Positions 1 to 10,035 of a stretch of 64,000 nucleotides of DNA are shown here, one piece after another (the first letter of the stretch is position 1; every line of letters begins with the position of its first letter). The stretch comes from Thermodesulfobacteriota bacterium (GTDB lineage Bacteria > Desulfobacterota > Desulfobacteria > Desulfobacterales > C00003060). The stretch is from NCBI GenBank assembly GCA_034189385.1, contig JAXHVD010000007.1:32001-96000 (forward strand). The letters are read 5' to 3'. Both the position numbers and the translations under genes were made by a program. The notes below the pieces were generated by a model that worked only from the letters and a program-made list of their open reading frames with translations, was not told where the DNA came from and did no database searches.

Positions 1-2997
1 GATCCCTTGGGCAATGTTACAACATATGCGTATGATGCAGCAGGCAAAAAGAAAACGGAAACGAGGACCCGGACGACCAAGAATGACAACGACGAGTCGG
101 TAGTTGTAACCATGACGACTGGATATGAATATGACCGAAACGGGCGTCTCACCAAGGCGACGGATCCTTACTTGAATGAGGAGATGACGGAATACAACTC
201 AGCAGGCCAGATATCTGGAAGAGTTGATAAAAGAGGAAATCGTGTTGAATTTGATTATGATGACAACGGGGACCTGATAAGTAAGAGATATTTGAGTGAC
301 GGCACTTCTGAGCATTACACCTATGGTCCAGAAGGAAATATGATAACATCAATCGATAGGGCAGGGAGGATGATTGGATATGACTATGATGTAGAACATC
401 GAGTTATATTTACCTACTTCTGCGGTGAGAGCACAACCTGTACGCGTGATAATTACATACACAGAACCACTACTGAACATGATGCCGCAGGAAGGGTAAC
501 CGCAGACATTGATGAGAACGGCGCCAGAACCGAGTATGAGTATGACGAGGCTGGCAGACAGACAATTGTACGGCAGTTTCATGAAGGCCAAACGCTGGTA
601 ACCCGCTTTACCTATGATGATAACAGCAATCAACAAACTACAACTGATGCAAATTTGCATACGACAACATACGTATACGATAGTCTAAATCGTAGAATAA
701 AAACCGTTTTTCATGACAATTCTTATGTCGGAACCGAATATGACGATAAGGGCAACATAGTATCTGAAACAATCCAAGCTCACACAGATCAGACGGACAT
801 TATTACCACGCGCTTTGAGCATGATTATATGGGTCATCTTGCAAAGGTTGTCAGTGATTATGGGGGTGGAAATCAGAGTGAGACGTCGTATTCCTATGAC
901 GAGGTCGGCAACAGGGTCACGCAGACCGATGCAAACACGCATACTACTGAATGGGTTTACGACGACCTTGGCAGGGTTATTAAGCGCATACTCCCTGAGG
1001 GAATGTCTGAGGCGTTTACCTATTACCCAGACGGCAATGTTCATACGAGAACCGATTTCAACGGCAATACGACCACGTATACGTACAGTCTCTGCTGCGC
1101 CAGTCTCACTGAGAAGGCCTTCGAGGATGGTTCCTCCGTGCATTATACGTACACACCAACAGGTAAAATTGACACGGTAACTGACAGTCGGGGCATCACT
1201 GATCATGATTACGATTTTCGAGACAGACTAATACTGGTAAAGAATCCTGACGGAACCCAGATCAGTTACACATACTATCCTAACGGCAACCGCCATACAG
1301 TGACCACTCCTTCAGGCACAACCACTTATACCTATGATGATCTCAACAGACTCGCCTCAGTCGAGGATCCTAGTGGCGGAGTAACGACCTATACATACGA
1401 TCCGGTCGGAAACAGGGTTTCGATGACCTATCCCAATGGAACAGTAACAAGCTATGTATACGACGATCTTAATAGGTTAATTTATCTTGCTAACCGGGAT
1501 TCTGAAGGAATGTTGATCTCAAGCTATGAATATACACTTGGCCCGGCAGGCAATCGCACGGAGGTTTTGGAAAATAGTGGCAGAAAGGTTGAATACAAGT
1601 ATGACAGGCTTTTCAGGCTTACCGATGAGATCATAACCGGCCCTGAAAATCGGACTACCAGCTATACATATGACGCTGTGGGCAATCACCTTTCTAAAGA
1701 GGATTCAATCGAAGGGATCACCACGTACACCTATGATAACAACGACCGTCTCCTCTATGAGACCACAGCTAGTGGGACCATCTTGTACGGGTACGATGAC
1801 AACGGAAACACGCTGAGTCGAACAGATGGAATGACCACCGATACTTACACCTACGATTTCGAAAACCGCTTGATCACCGGTGACGTTCAATTTGGAGCGA
1901 ACCCCGGCAGCACTACGTACACCTATGACGCCGAGGGAATTCGCACTGGTAAGAGCTATGCCGGGGTGACCACCTCGTACCTTGTCGACAAGAATCGGGA
2001 TTATGCCCAGGTGCTTGTTGAGAACAATGGCACCTCCGCCGTGAGCTACACATACGCGGATGACCTCATCAGCATGACGCGGCTGGACACGGGCACGAAC
2101 TTCTACCACTACGACGGTCAGATGAGCACCAGACAGTTGACCAACGACTCCCAGACTGTGACAGACAAGTACACCTATGACGCCTTCGGTAACCTGCGAG
2201 CCTCTACCGGAACGACCGTCAATAACTACCGCTACCGCGGCCAGCAGTACGATGCACACGTGGGTTTGTACTACCTCAGAGGTCGGTACTACGACCCGGC
2301 AATAGGCCGTTTTACCATCATGGACCCCTATGCAGGATACAGCGAGGCCCCGCTATCTCTGCACAAATACCTTTACGCCCATAATGATCCAATCAACAAA
2401 TGGGATCCGAGCGGTCTTTTTGGTATAGGGGAAGCACTTGGCACCATTGGCAATATTCAAGTACTTACTAAAAGCACAAGCTACAATTATGTGCCTACTG
2501 GAAAATTGGAACTGGAGCGGGAGGAGGACTGGACGTTTCAAATAATTGCCCGCGGCAAGGTGAGTATGCAAGTCTTCTGGGGTGGTTGGAAGAAGAATTT
2601 CGAGAAATGGTTTGGAAAACCGGACCCCGATTACAAACTCCATGTACGTAGTGTGTGGCGCTACACCAATAACATATCTAAACAGCCCGTTACCCTTGCG
2701 TATGCTGAAAAGGGCGTTTGTAAGCCGACGACGTATGCATACGTCCGTCCTGATGGCAAAGTCAAGATCTGGTTGTGTCCTGCTTACTGGTCTAGACCGC
2801 ATTGGGGAGGTTACGACACTAGAGCTGGAACGTTAATCCACGAACTCACCCACGAACTACAAGAGGGGTCACAAAAAGGGCTTAAAACCGTTGATTTTCC
2901 ATCCGGAAACAATCCGGAAGGTTGCAGGAAACTGCCAGCTTTGAACGCGGTCCAGAACGCAAATAATTACGAATACCAAGTAGAAGACAATTGGTAA
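1..2997 (+). CDS. RHS/YD-repeat protein (5' end outside window) with C-terminal M35/aspzincin-like Zn metallopeptidase tip
   Basis: Many YD repeats; RHS core end YRYRGQQYD..GLYYLRGRYYDP..GRF..DP; PINKWDPSG cleavage motif; tip has IWLCPAYW, GTLIHELTH (HExxH, 2839-2853), TVD and NANNYEY. Frame is open from base 1. Confidence 0.9.
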   Translation, partial: DPLGNVTTYAYDAAGKKKTETRTRTTKNDNDESVVVTMTTGYEYDRNGRLTKATDPYLNEEMTEYNSAGQISGRVDKRGNRVEFDYDDNGDLISKRYLSDGTSEHYTYGPEGNMITSIDRAGRMIGYDYDVEHRVIFTYFCGESTTCTRDNYIHRTTTEHDAAGRVTADIDENGARTEYEYDEAGRQTIVRQFHEGQTLVTRFTYDDNSNQQTTTDANLHTTTYVYDSLNRRIKTVFHDNSYVGTEYDDKGNIVSETIQAHTDQTDIITTRFEHDYMGHLAKVVSDYGGGNQSETSYSYDEVGNRVTQTDANTHTTEWVYDDLGRVIKRILPEGMSEAFTYYPDGNVHTRTDFNGNTTTYTYSLCCASLTEKAFEDGSSVHYTYTPTGKIDTVTDSRGITDHDYDFRDRLILVKNPDGTQISYTYYPNGNRHTVTTPSGTTTYTYDDLNRLASVEDPSGGVTTYTYDPVGNRVSMTYPNGTVTSYVYDDLNRLIYLANRDSEGMLISSYEYTLGPAGNRTEVLENSGRKVEYKYDRLFRLTDEIITGPENRTTSYTYDAVGNHLSKEDSIEGITTYTYDNNDRLLYETTASGTILYGYDDNGNTLSRTDGMTTDTYTYDFENRLITGDVQFGANPGSTTYTYDAEGIRTGKSYAGVTTSYLVDKNRDYAQVLVENNGTSAVSYTYADDLISMTRLDTGTNFYHYDGQMSTRQLTNDSQTVTDKYTYDAFGNLRASTGTTVNNYRYRGQQYDAHVGLYYLRGRYYDPAIGRFTIMDPYAGYSEAPLSLHKYLYAHNDPINKWDPSGLFGIGEALGTIGNIQVLTKSTSYNYVPTGKLELEREEDWTFQIIARGKVSMQVFWGGWKKNFEKWFGKPDPDYKLHVRSVWRYTNNISKQPVTLAYAEKGVCKPTTYAYVRPDGKVKIWLCPAYWSRPHWGGYDTRAGTLIHELTHELQEGSQKGLKTVDFPSGNNPEGCRKLPALNAVQNANNYEYQVEDNW

Positions 2998-3050
2998 TGG
3001 TAAAGTTCGATTGTCCGCACCTAATAGACTTCTTTTGAGTCAGAGGCTCA

Positions 3051-3345
3051 GGGTCAGATCTTAAATATCAACTATTATACTATTCACCTCTTAATGTTTC
3101 GGTTCGGGCCTTTTTGCTCATGAAATCGTGGCTTCGGTTTGAAAAAGGAAAAGAGGACATGAAAAGGACTCGCTTGGAATTCAGGGCTATGGCAACAGAT
3201 TCTGCTCTTTTGTAGTAGAAGGAGTTGTGATGCTGTTAATGCTACTTTATGCTCAGACGCTTTACTTCCAGAGTGGTGCGGCATCTGTGGCACCGTACGG
3301 TGACAATTCGTATTGAGATATGTTGGAAACGCTATGTGGTGACTG
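3051..3345 (+). pseudogene. Degenerate duplicate of the upstream region and 5' end of the 4214-aa gene
   Basis: 3132-3187 is identical (56 nt) to 10009-10064. ATG 3159 reads MKRTRLEFRAM, then frameshifts and stops. Decayed similarity continues (VTIRIEI vs VTIPIEI). Confidence 0.85.
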
Positions 3346-3442
3346 CTCTCATGTGAAAGCTTCTTGGTCTGACTGGTAATTGCCTTTGAGGGAAGGTATT
3401 CCTGCGAAGGCTCTGTGTTGAGTTTTCTTGTAGGAGAGTATC

Positions 3443-6400
3443 GTGACCAGATGGAAACGAAGCAGCCTGTTTCAGTTCGTGGCCAAGGTGGTGGTGTTTT
3501 GCATGGTCATTCAGGGCTGGCCGTGGTGGGAGTTGAGCCGGGCCTACAAATGGGAATTTGAGCCCCAGAAGCTCCAACGGATACTGGACACGGTTTCAAC
3601 CATACTCTCCCCGCGCGATGCCTCTGCTGCCATCCCTCCGAATCCCCATGAGTACATCATCAATCAAATTCCGGAGAACTTCGTCCATATTTCAGAGAGC
3701 GGTGAACCAGTTACTCTTGATGATAACCAGGATGATAACGAGCCTGCGGGTACAGTCTCTATTGGCTTTGGTTTTGAGTTTTTCGGCACCACTTACACTA
3801 CCGTCACCATTTCGGAAAACGGCTACATCACCTTTGGCGTGCTGAGCGATCCGGACAATGTCTCCATCCCCACCCAGGAGACGCCCAACAGCCTCATCGC
3901 CCCCTTCTGGGACGATCTCAACCCGGAGCACAATCCAGACAGCGCCATCTATTTTGAAACACTCGGCACGGCTCCTGAGCGGCAGTTCGTGGTCCAGTGG
4001 AATGACGTGCCTTTAAATGCAGATGCCGGCTCCCGCCTCACCTTTGAGGCGATCCTCTTTGAAGGAACCAACGAGATCCAGTTTCAGTATCTCTTTCTGG
4101 AAGACGGAACCGGCCAAAGCGGCTCAGGTGCCGTGAGCGGAAGCTCGGCCACCATTGGTATTGAAAGCCCTGACGGCAATGAGGGAAAGGAGATTTCCTA
4201 TAATCTGGAAGGTGCAGTGACAGAGGGCGATGCCTTTAGTTTTACGCTGGGGAAAAATCCCTTTGAGACGGGTCGATTGCTTGGAGATCGGGATGCTGAC
4301 GATGTGATAACCATCCTGGATCAGTCTCTTCTCAGCAAAACCATTGCAGCCTTTAGGACCCCTTACCCTTCTCTGGATCTCATGCTGTCTGACATGGCGC
4401 CAAGGCCTGGCTTGGAGGGTCAGCCCTTTGGTGACAAGTTCATTGACGATTGGGACCATGGCCTCATGTCTCACGTCATCCTGGAGAGAGAAGATCTCAA
4501 TCCCTTACTTGCAGAGATTTCTTATCAGATAGCGCAGATCGGCGATGAACTGATCCTTTCCGGAAGCGGCTTTGCCCCTGTAGCAGAAGACAACACGATC
4601 GTCTTTGTGGACGTAAATGGAAATGAGACCGCTGTGCCTGCAGCCTGGGTGGACCCAGCTGGCACGGAGCTTACGGTTACCATCCCCGCCGGGCTTGAGT
4701 ACATCGTTCAAATAAAGGTCATAAGAAACAACCAGCCGAGCAATTCCATCCTTTTTGTTCTGGAAGGTACGCCCGTCATCACCAGACTCCTGCCTGCGAC
4801 GGGCAAGATAAACAGCACGGTGCGAATCAGGGGGCACGAATTCGGTCTCAGCCCGGAGGACAACGTCGTAACCTTCAACGGCGAAGAGGCCATGGTAATC
4901 GATGCCCGTGCTGATGGTTTTCTTGATGAACTGGAGGTGATTGTACCGGATGCGGCCACCAGCGGGCCGGTCACGGTGACCGTCGCAGGTGAAACAAGCA
5001 ACGCAGTGCCCTTCTCTGTGCGCCAGGACTTGGACGTCTACATCACCACCCCTGAAACAGACAGCGAGATCACGGCACCGGTATCGATTGTAGGCACCGC
5101 CTGGGACGACAATCTTGACTACTATGTGCTCCAATACGCCCCTGTTGGCTCCACCGATTTTACACAATTTGCCAAATCTGCTTCTTCCGTGGAGGACGGA
5201 GACCTGGGCACCTTTGATCCCACACTCCTAGAAAACGGGATCTACACCGTGAGGCTCACCGCTTACGATACCGAGGAAGACCCAAACTCACGTTCTGTGG
5301 AGGTGCAGTATTTGGTCACAGGGAATTTGAAAATCGGCAACTTCACTGTCTCCTTTGTAGATCTCGCAATCCCTGTTTCTGGAATACCGATTCAGGTGAT
5401 CCGCACTTATGACAGCAGAACGAGGGGCCAGGAACGTGATTTTGGCTACGGGTGGACCCTGTCTTTAAAGACCTTCCCAAAGATAGAGAAGAACACAGAA
5501 GAGGGGCGCAGTTGGAAGAAGTTCGTGGACAGCAGCGGTTTGTTTCCTGTCTATTGCATTCAGGGAAGGCGCGCCCATTTTGTTGCGGTGACCATGCCCG
5601 ACGGCCGTACCCTGGAATTCGATTTTACCCCTGAGCCGAGCTGTCAGCAGCTCTACCCTATTGAACAAACGACAGCAGCCTACACCGCCAGGCCTGGAAC
5701 AGCAGCCACCTTGGACCCTGTCGGTGACACAGACCTCATTGTGTATGAGGGCAATCTATGCACTTTCGACTTTGAGATCTACGATCCCCAGGAGTTCATT
5801 CTCACCCTTGCCGACGGCACGAGCTACCAGCTGAAGATAGGTGAAGGGGTCAGCCAAGTGGAGGACCGAAATGACAATACCCTTACTTTCACCGACGATG
5901 GCATCATCCACTCTTCAGGAAAGAGCGTCCTCTTCGAACGGGACGACGAAGGCAGAATCACTAAGATCACCGACCCCAACGAAAACTTCATGACCTATAC
6001 CTATGACATCAAAGGTGACCTAGTCACCTTTACAGACCGGGAGGAACATTCCACACAGTACACCTATGATGACCATTACCTCATGGATATTATCGATCCT
6101 AGAGGTGTGAGGGCTATTCGTACAGAATATGACGATAATGGGCGAATAATTTCCACCACAGATGCCGAGGGAAACATGATCGAATTGACTCATGACATCC
6201 ACAATAGACAGGAGGTCGTCCGCGACCCCCTCGGCAATCCGACCATCTATGAATATGACGAGCAAGGTAATGTGGTGGCCGAGACGAATGCCTTAGGACA
6301 CAGGACACAATGCGCTTATGATGAGGACGATAACTTGATCGGCGAAACGGACGCCCTGGGCCATACGACGACATATACCTACGACGCGCGGGGTAACCAG

Positions 6401-9400
6401 CTGACTCAGACCGATCCCCTCGGTAACGTGACTGGCAACACCTACAACAGCAACGACAATCTTCTCACCACCACGGATCCATTGGGCAATGTCACGCAAA
6501 ACACTTACGATGAATTTGGCAATCTGCTGTCGACGATAGCTCCCGATGGAACGAAGACGCACTTCACCTACGATGCCAGTGGGAATCTGCTGACGATTAC
6601 CGATGCGGCTGGAAATCTGACCCGATTCGACTACGACGGCTCCGGCAACCTCATTAGCCAGACGGATGCGACCGGCCATGTCACGAGCTATACGTATGAT
6701 GCCAACGGCAATCGACTGACTGAAACCACGACGTACACAACTCCCGCCGGTGTCCGCACGGTCACAACCCGGATGGAATACGACGGCGAAAATCGAGTCG
6801 TCAAGGTAATCGATGCGGAAGGTCATGTCACATTGACCGAGTACAACGAATTCGGCAACCGCGTGGCCACGGTTGATGCGCTCGGACGACGTACCCAATT
6901 CGTGTACGACCAGCGAGGACTCTTGACGGACACCCTATATCCCGACGACACGCCGGGGATTGATACGGACAATCCGCGAACTTCCTCCGTCTTCGACGCG
7001 GCTGGCCGCGCGATCACGACCATTGACGAGCTGGGACGGGAAACACACTTTGTCTTTGATGCCGTAGGGCAACTTGTGGAAACTGTCTACCCGGATAACA
7101 CACCGGCCGATTTGACCGACAATCCTCGGACGATTACCGAATATGATGCAGTGGGCCAGGTGCTCGCACAGGTTGACGAACGCGGTAATCGCACCGAATT
7201 CACGTACGACGCAGCGGGACGGCAAACCAGAGTGCGTGACGCGTTGGGCAACGAGAGTATGACGGTTTACGATGCCGCGGGCCTAAAAATCGCTCAACTT
7301 GACGCGCTCGGCCATACTACATCGTTTACCTGCGACGCGACAGGTCGTCCCACGACGACAACGTTTGCCGACGGTACGAGCACCTCCACTACCTTTGACG
7401 ATATTGGCCGAGTTGTCGAGCGCACGGATCAAACCGGGCGAACGACCGGCTTTGAGTACGACGCCCTTGGACGGTTGACTGCTGTGGTGGACGCCTTGGG
7501 CCAACGCACCGAATACGCTTATGACGAGATGGGCAACCTTGTGCGGCAAACTGACGCCAATGGCCACAGCACAACGTATGCGTACGATGCGCTGGGCCGC
7601 CGAGCCGCCACGGTCTTGCCTCTCGGTCAGCGGTCGACGACCACGTACGACGCCGTCGGCAAAGTTGCATCGACCACGGACTTCAACGGTCAGACAATGT
7701 CTTATGTCTACGACATGCGAAATCGGCTCATTGAAAAGCATTTCGGCGATGGCAGCGTGGAAACGTTCACTTACGCCGAAAACGGACTCCGGTCGACTAC
7801 AGTGGACGCCCGGGGGACCACAACGTGGATCTACAACGAGCGCGATCGCCTGGCATCACGCATCGATCCAGACGGCCGCACGATTTCCTACACGTACGAC
7901 GAAGCCGGTAACCGCACTTCGGTGGCGATACCGTCCGGTACGACAACCTACACCTACGACGCGTTGAACCGACTGGAAACGGTGACCGATCCCGATTTGA
8001 ACGTGACGACGTACCACTACGACGCCGTCAGCAATCTCGTCCGGACGGACTTTCCGAATAGCACGGTGGAAACTCGCAGCTATGATGATCTGAACCGACT
8101 CATCAATCTAGCAACGACTGGCCCGAGCGGTATTTTTACCAGCTACGAATATCAACTGGACGACGTTGGCAACCGCACGTCGGTCGCCGAGCAAGACGGC
8201 CGGCGAGTGGAGTACGACTACGACGCGCTTTATCGGCTGGTGGGCGAAGACATCTTTGATTTGGGTGAGCTAACACCGTCGCGTTCGATCGATTACACGT
8301 ACGATCCGGTCGGCAATCGACTGTCACGCACAGATACCGCCGAGGGATCGACGGCTTATACTTACGATGAAAACGATCGTTTGTTGCTCGAAACGCTGGC
8401 GAGCGACGCGACGGAACGAACCTACGATGACAACGGCAACCTTCTTTCCCGAAGCAGGAACAGAGTCGATGAGGTTTTCTACCATTGGAGCCAGGAAAAC
8501 CGTTTGGTGGGCGTCGATACCAACGCCGACGGCGCGGTTGAAGTAACAAACAACTACGACGTCGACGGCATCCGTGTCGCCCAGACCGTTAACGGCGAAG
8601 AAATACGTTTCCTGATCGATCGTAACCGCCCATTTGCCCAAGTGCTCGACGAGTACACACCGGGCGGCATCATCAAGGTTTCTTACGTCCATGGGTTGGA
8701 CCTCATCTCCCAGAACCGCGCCTTAGATGGAACCAGTCACGAAAAGACTTTCTACAACAACGACTGTCTCGGCAGCACACGGGTGTTGACAGACCCAAAC
8801 GGTGATGTGGTCAATCGCTACACCTACGATGCGTATGGGCGGACGATCATGGAGAGCGGGGTGACGGGGAATGTGTATCTGTTTGCTGGGGAGGCTAGAG
8901 ATTTCAATGTTGGGTTAGATTATCTGCGTGCTCGGTGGATGAATCCGAGTGTTGGTAGATTCGTTTCGCGTGATCCATTGCTCTCATCTCTCACATCACC
9001 GACGATGCTCCGGAGTTACCTCTATGCTGGAGGAAATCCGGTAAACTACGCCGACCCCAGTGGTTTGTGGACCTTGCCGGAGTTGATGGTAAGCGTTGTC
9101 ATCGTCTCGATCTTGACACAATTGGCGTTTGAGTCGCACACCAGTAGGGCGGCGGACATCGCCTACTGGGCGAATCCAGAACGGATTCTAACCGACCCGA
9201 AGGTAAGAACGGCAATGGTGTCAGCGCTAAACGAGACAGACCCGGACCCAAGAAAACTGGGCGATGAAAGGGAGCAGGGAGGATCAATCGTGCTGGCCAA
9301 AGGCGGATATCGAGTTGTGCGGTGGCCCGCCTACGCTGATAGCGAAATACGAGCCGTCAAAGTAAAGGGCGTGATCGCCACCTTCCACACACATCCCGCA

Positions 9401-9742
9401 GCGGTCTTGGGACCGGACGGAACTGCGTTTGTACCCGTGGATGGACCCTCACGACTTGAGCACTTTCAATTTTTTGGCAACGATGTTGGCAATTTTGCTG
9501 CACATCCGGAGGTGTGGGGCAGGGTCAGCTTCGTCCTGGAAAAATGGAATCTAGACACGCTTATTGAGCCTTTTGCTTCGCAAGCGTGGGACGCTTATAA
9601 CAAGAGAGTGACACACTACCAGCAGCTTGGTTGGCGATACTATGAGCCGGTCGCCCCAAGTATTCATGTGCTGCGTCGCAACCCTGCTGGTGGCGGAGTT
9701 GACACTTCACTCGACTTGTCGCTCTCACTAATCGGATATTAG
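3443..9742 (+). CDS. Secreted RHS/YD-repeat protein: nidogen-like domain, dockerin-like domain, IPT/TIG domains, RHS core, JAB/MPN-like tip
   Basis: GTG start after GGAGAG; hydrophobic N-terminus; IAPFWDDL/FVVQW/TFEAILF (NIDO-like); GDRDADDVITILD..DMAP..GDKFIDDWD (dockerin-like); two IPT-like units; YD repeats; NPVNYADPSG; tip EQGG..FHTHP..GPS. Confidence 0.9.
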   Translation: MTRWKRSSLFQFVAKVVVFCMVIQGWPWWELSRAYKWEFEPQKLQRILDTVSTILSPRDASAAIPPNPHEYIINQIPENFVHISESGEPVTLDDNQDDNEPAGTVSIGFGFEFFGTTYTTVTISENGYITFGVLSDPDNVSIPTQETPNSLIAPFWDDLNPEHNPDSAIYFETLGTAPERQFVVQWNDVPLNADAGSRLTFEAILFEGTNEIQFQYLFLEDGTGQSGSGAVSGSSATIGIESPDGNEGKEISYNLEGAVTEGDAFSFTLGKNPFETGRLLGDRDADDVITILDQSLLSKTIAAFRTPYPSLDLMLSDMAPRPGLEGQPFGDKFIDDWDHGLMSHVILEREDLNPLLAEISYQIAQIGDELILSGSGFAPVAEDNTIVFVDVNGNETAVPAAWVDPAGTELTVTIPAGLEYIVQIKVIRNNQPSNSILFVLEGTPVITRLLPATGKINSTVRIRGHEFGLSPEDNVVTFNGEEAMVIDARADGFLDELEVIVPDAATSGPVTVTVAGETSNAVPFSVRQDLDVYITTPETDSEITAPVSIVGTAWDDNLDYYVLQYAPVGSTDFTQFAKSASSVEDGDLGTFDPTLLENGIYTVRLTAYDTEEDPNSRSVEVQYLVTGNLKIGNFTVSFVDLAIPVSGIPIQVIRTYDSRTRGQERDFGYGWTLSLKTFPKIEKNTEEGRSWKKFVDSSGLFPVYCIQGRRAHFVAVTMPDGRTLEFDFTPEPSCQQLYPIEQTTAAYTARPGTAATLDPVGDTDLIVYEGNLCTFDFEIYDPQEFILTLADGTSYQLKIGEGVSQVEDRNDNTLTFTDDGIIHSSGKSVLFERDDEGRITKITDPNENFMTYTYDIKGDLVTFTDREEHSTQYTYDDHYLMDIIDPRGVRAIRTEYDDNGRIISTTDAEGNMIELTHDIHNRQEVVRDPLGNPTIYEYDEQGNVVAETNALGHRTQCAYDEDDNLIGETDALGHTTTYTYDARGNQLTQTDPLGNVTGNTYNSNDNLLTTTDPLGNVTQNTYDEFGNLLSTIAPDGTKTHFTYDASGNLLTITDAAGNLTRFDYDGSGNLISQTDATGHVTSYTYDANGNRLTETTTYTTPAGVRTVTTRMEYDGENRVVKVIDAEGHVTLTEYNEFGNRVATVDALGRRTQFVYDQRGLLTDTLYPDDTPGIDTDNPRTSSVFDAAGRAITTIDELGRETHFVFDAVGQLVETVYPDNTPADLTDNPRTITEYDAVGQVLAQVDERGNRTEFTYDAAGRQTRVRDALGNESMTVYDAAGLKIAQLDALGHTTSFTCDATGRPTTTTFADGTSTSTTFDDIGRVVERTDQTGRTTGFEYDALGRLTAVVDALGQRTEYAYDEMGNLVRQTDANGHSTTYAYDALGRRAATVLPLGQRSTTTYDAVGKVASTTDFNGQTMSYVYDMRNRLIEKHFGDGSVETFTYAENGLRSTTVDARGTTTWIYNERDRLASRIDPDGRTISYTYDEAGNRTSVAIPSGTTTYTYDALNRLETVTDPDLNVTTYHYDAVSNLVRTDFPNSTVETRSYDDLNRLINLATTGPSGIFTSYEYQLDDVGNRTSVAEQDGRRVEYDYDALYRLVGEDIFDLGELTPSRSIDYTYDPVGNRLSRTDTAEGSTAYTYDENDRLLLETLASDATERTYDDNGNLLSRSRNRVDEVFYHWSQENRLVGVDTNADGAVEVTNNYDVDGIRVAQTVNGEEIRFLIDRNRPFAQVLDEYTPGGIIKVSYVHGLDLISQNRALDGTSHEKTFYNNDCLGSTRVLTDPNGDVVNRYTYDAYGRTIMESGVTGNVYLFAGEARDFNVGLDYLRARWMNPSVGRFVSRDPLLSSLTSPTMLRSYLYAGGNPVNYADPSGLWTLPELMVSVVIVSILTQLAFESHTSRAADIAYWANPERILTDPKVRTAMVSALNETDPDPRKLGDEREQGGSIVLAKGGYRVVRWPAYADSEIRAVKVKGVIATFHTHPAAVLGPDGTAFVPVDGPSRLEHFQFFGNDVGNFAAHPEVWGRVSFVLEKWNLDTLIEPFASQAWDAYNKRVTHYQQLGWRYYEPVAPSIHVLRRNPAGGGVDTSLDLSLSLIGY

Positions 9743-10035
9743 GAGCATGATCGAAATCGCGCCGTTGCTGAGCGGGACGGATGCCCCACAGACAGGCAAG
9801 CAACCGACGGTTCTCAACAGCGACGGCGATGAGGGAGCGGTTTAAGCGATCGGGGGACTACCCCGGTGTCGCATCTTAATTAATTACTATTGCTGTTAAG
9901 TAAGACTGTTTGGGAGAAAGAACAGTGTCAGATCTTGAATATTGACTATTTCACACTATCAACTTCTTAGTGTTTCAGGTTGAAGCCTGTATGCTCGTGA
10001 GAACGTGACTTCGGTTTGAAAAAGGAAAAGAGGAC

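Noticed and set aside
1..9742. Type VI secretion effector locus
   Set aside because: No PAAR, VgrG, Hcp or chaperone genes in view; RHS2 has a signal-like N-terminus. The RHS1 N-terminus is outside the window.
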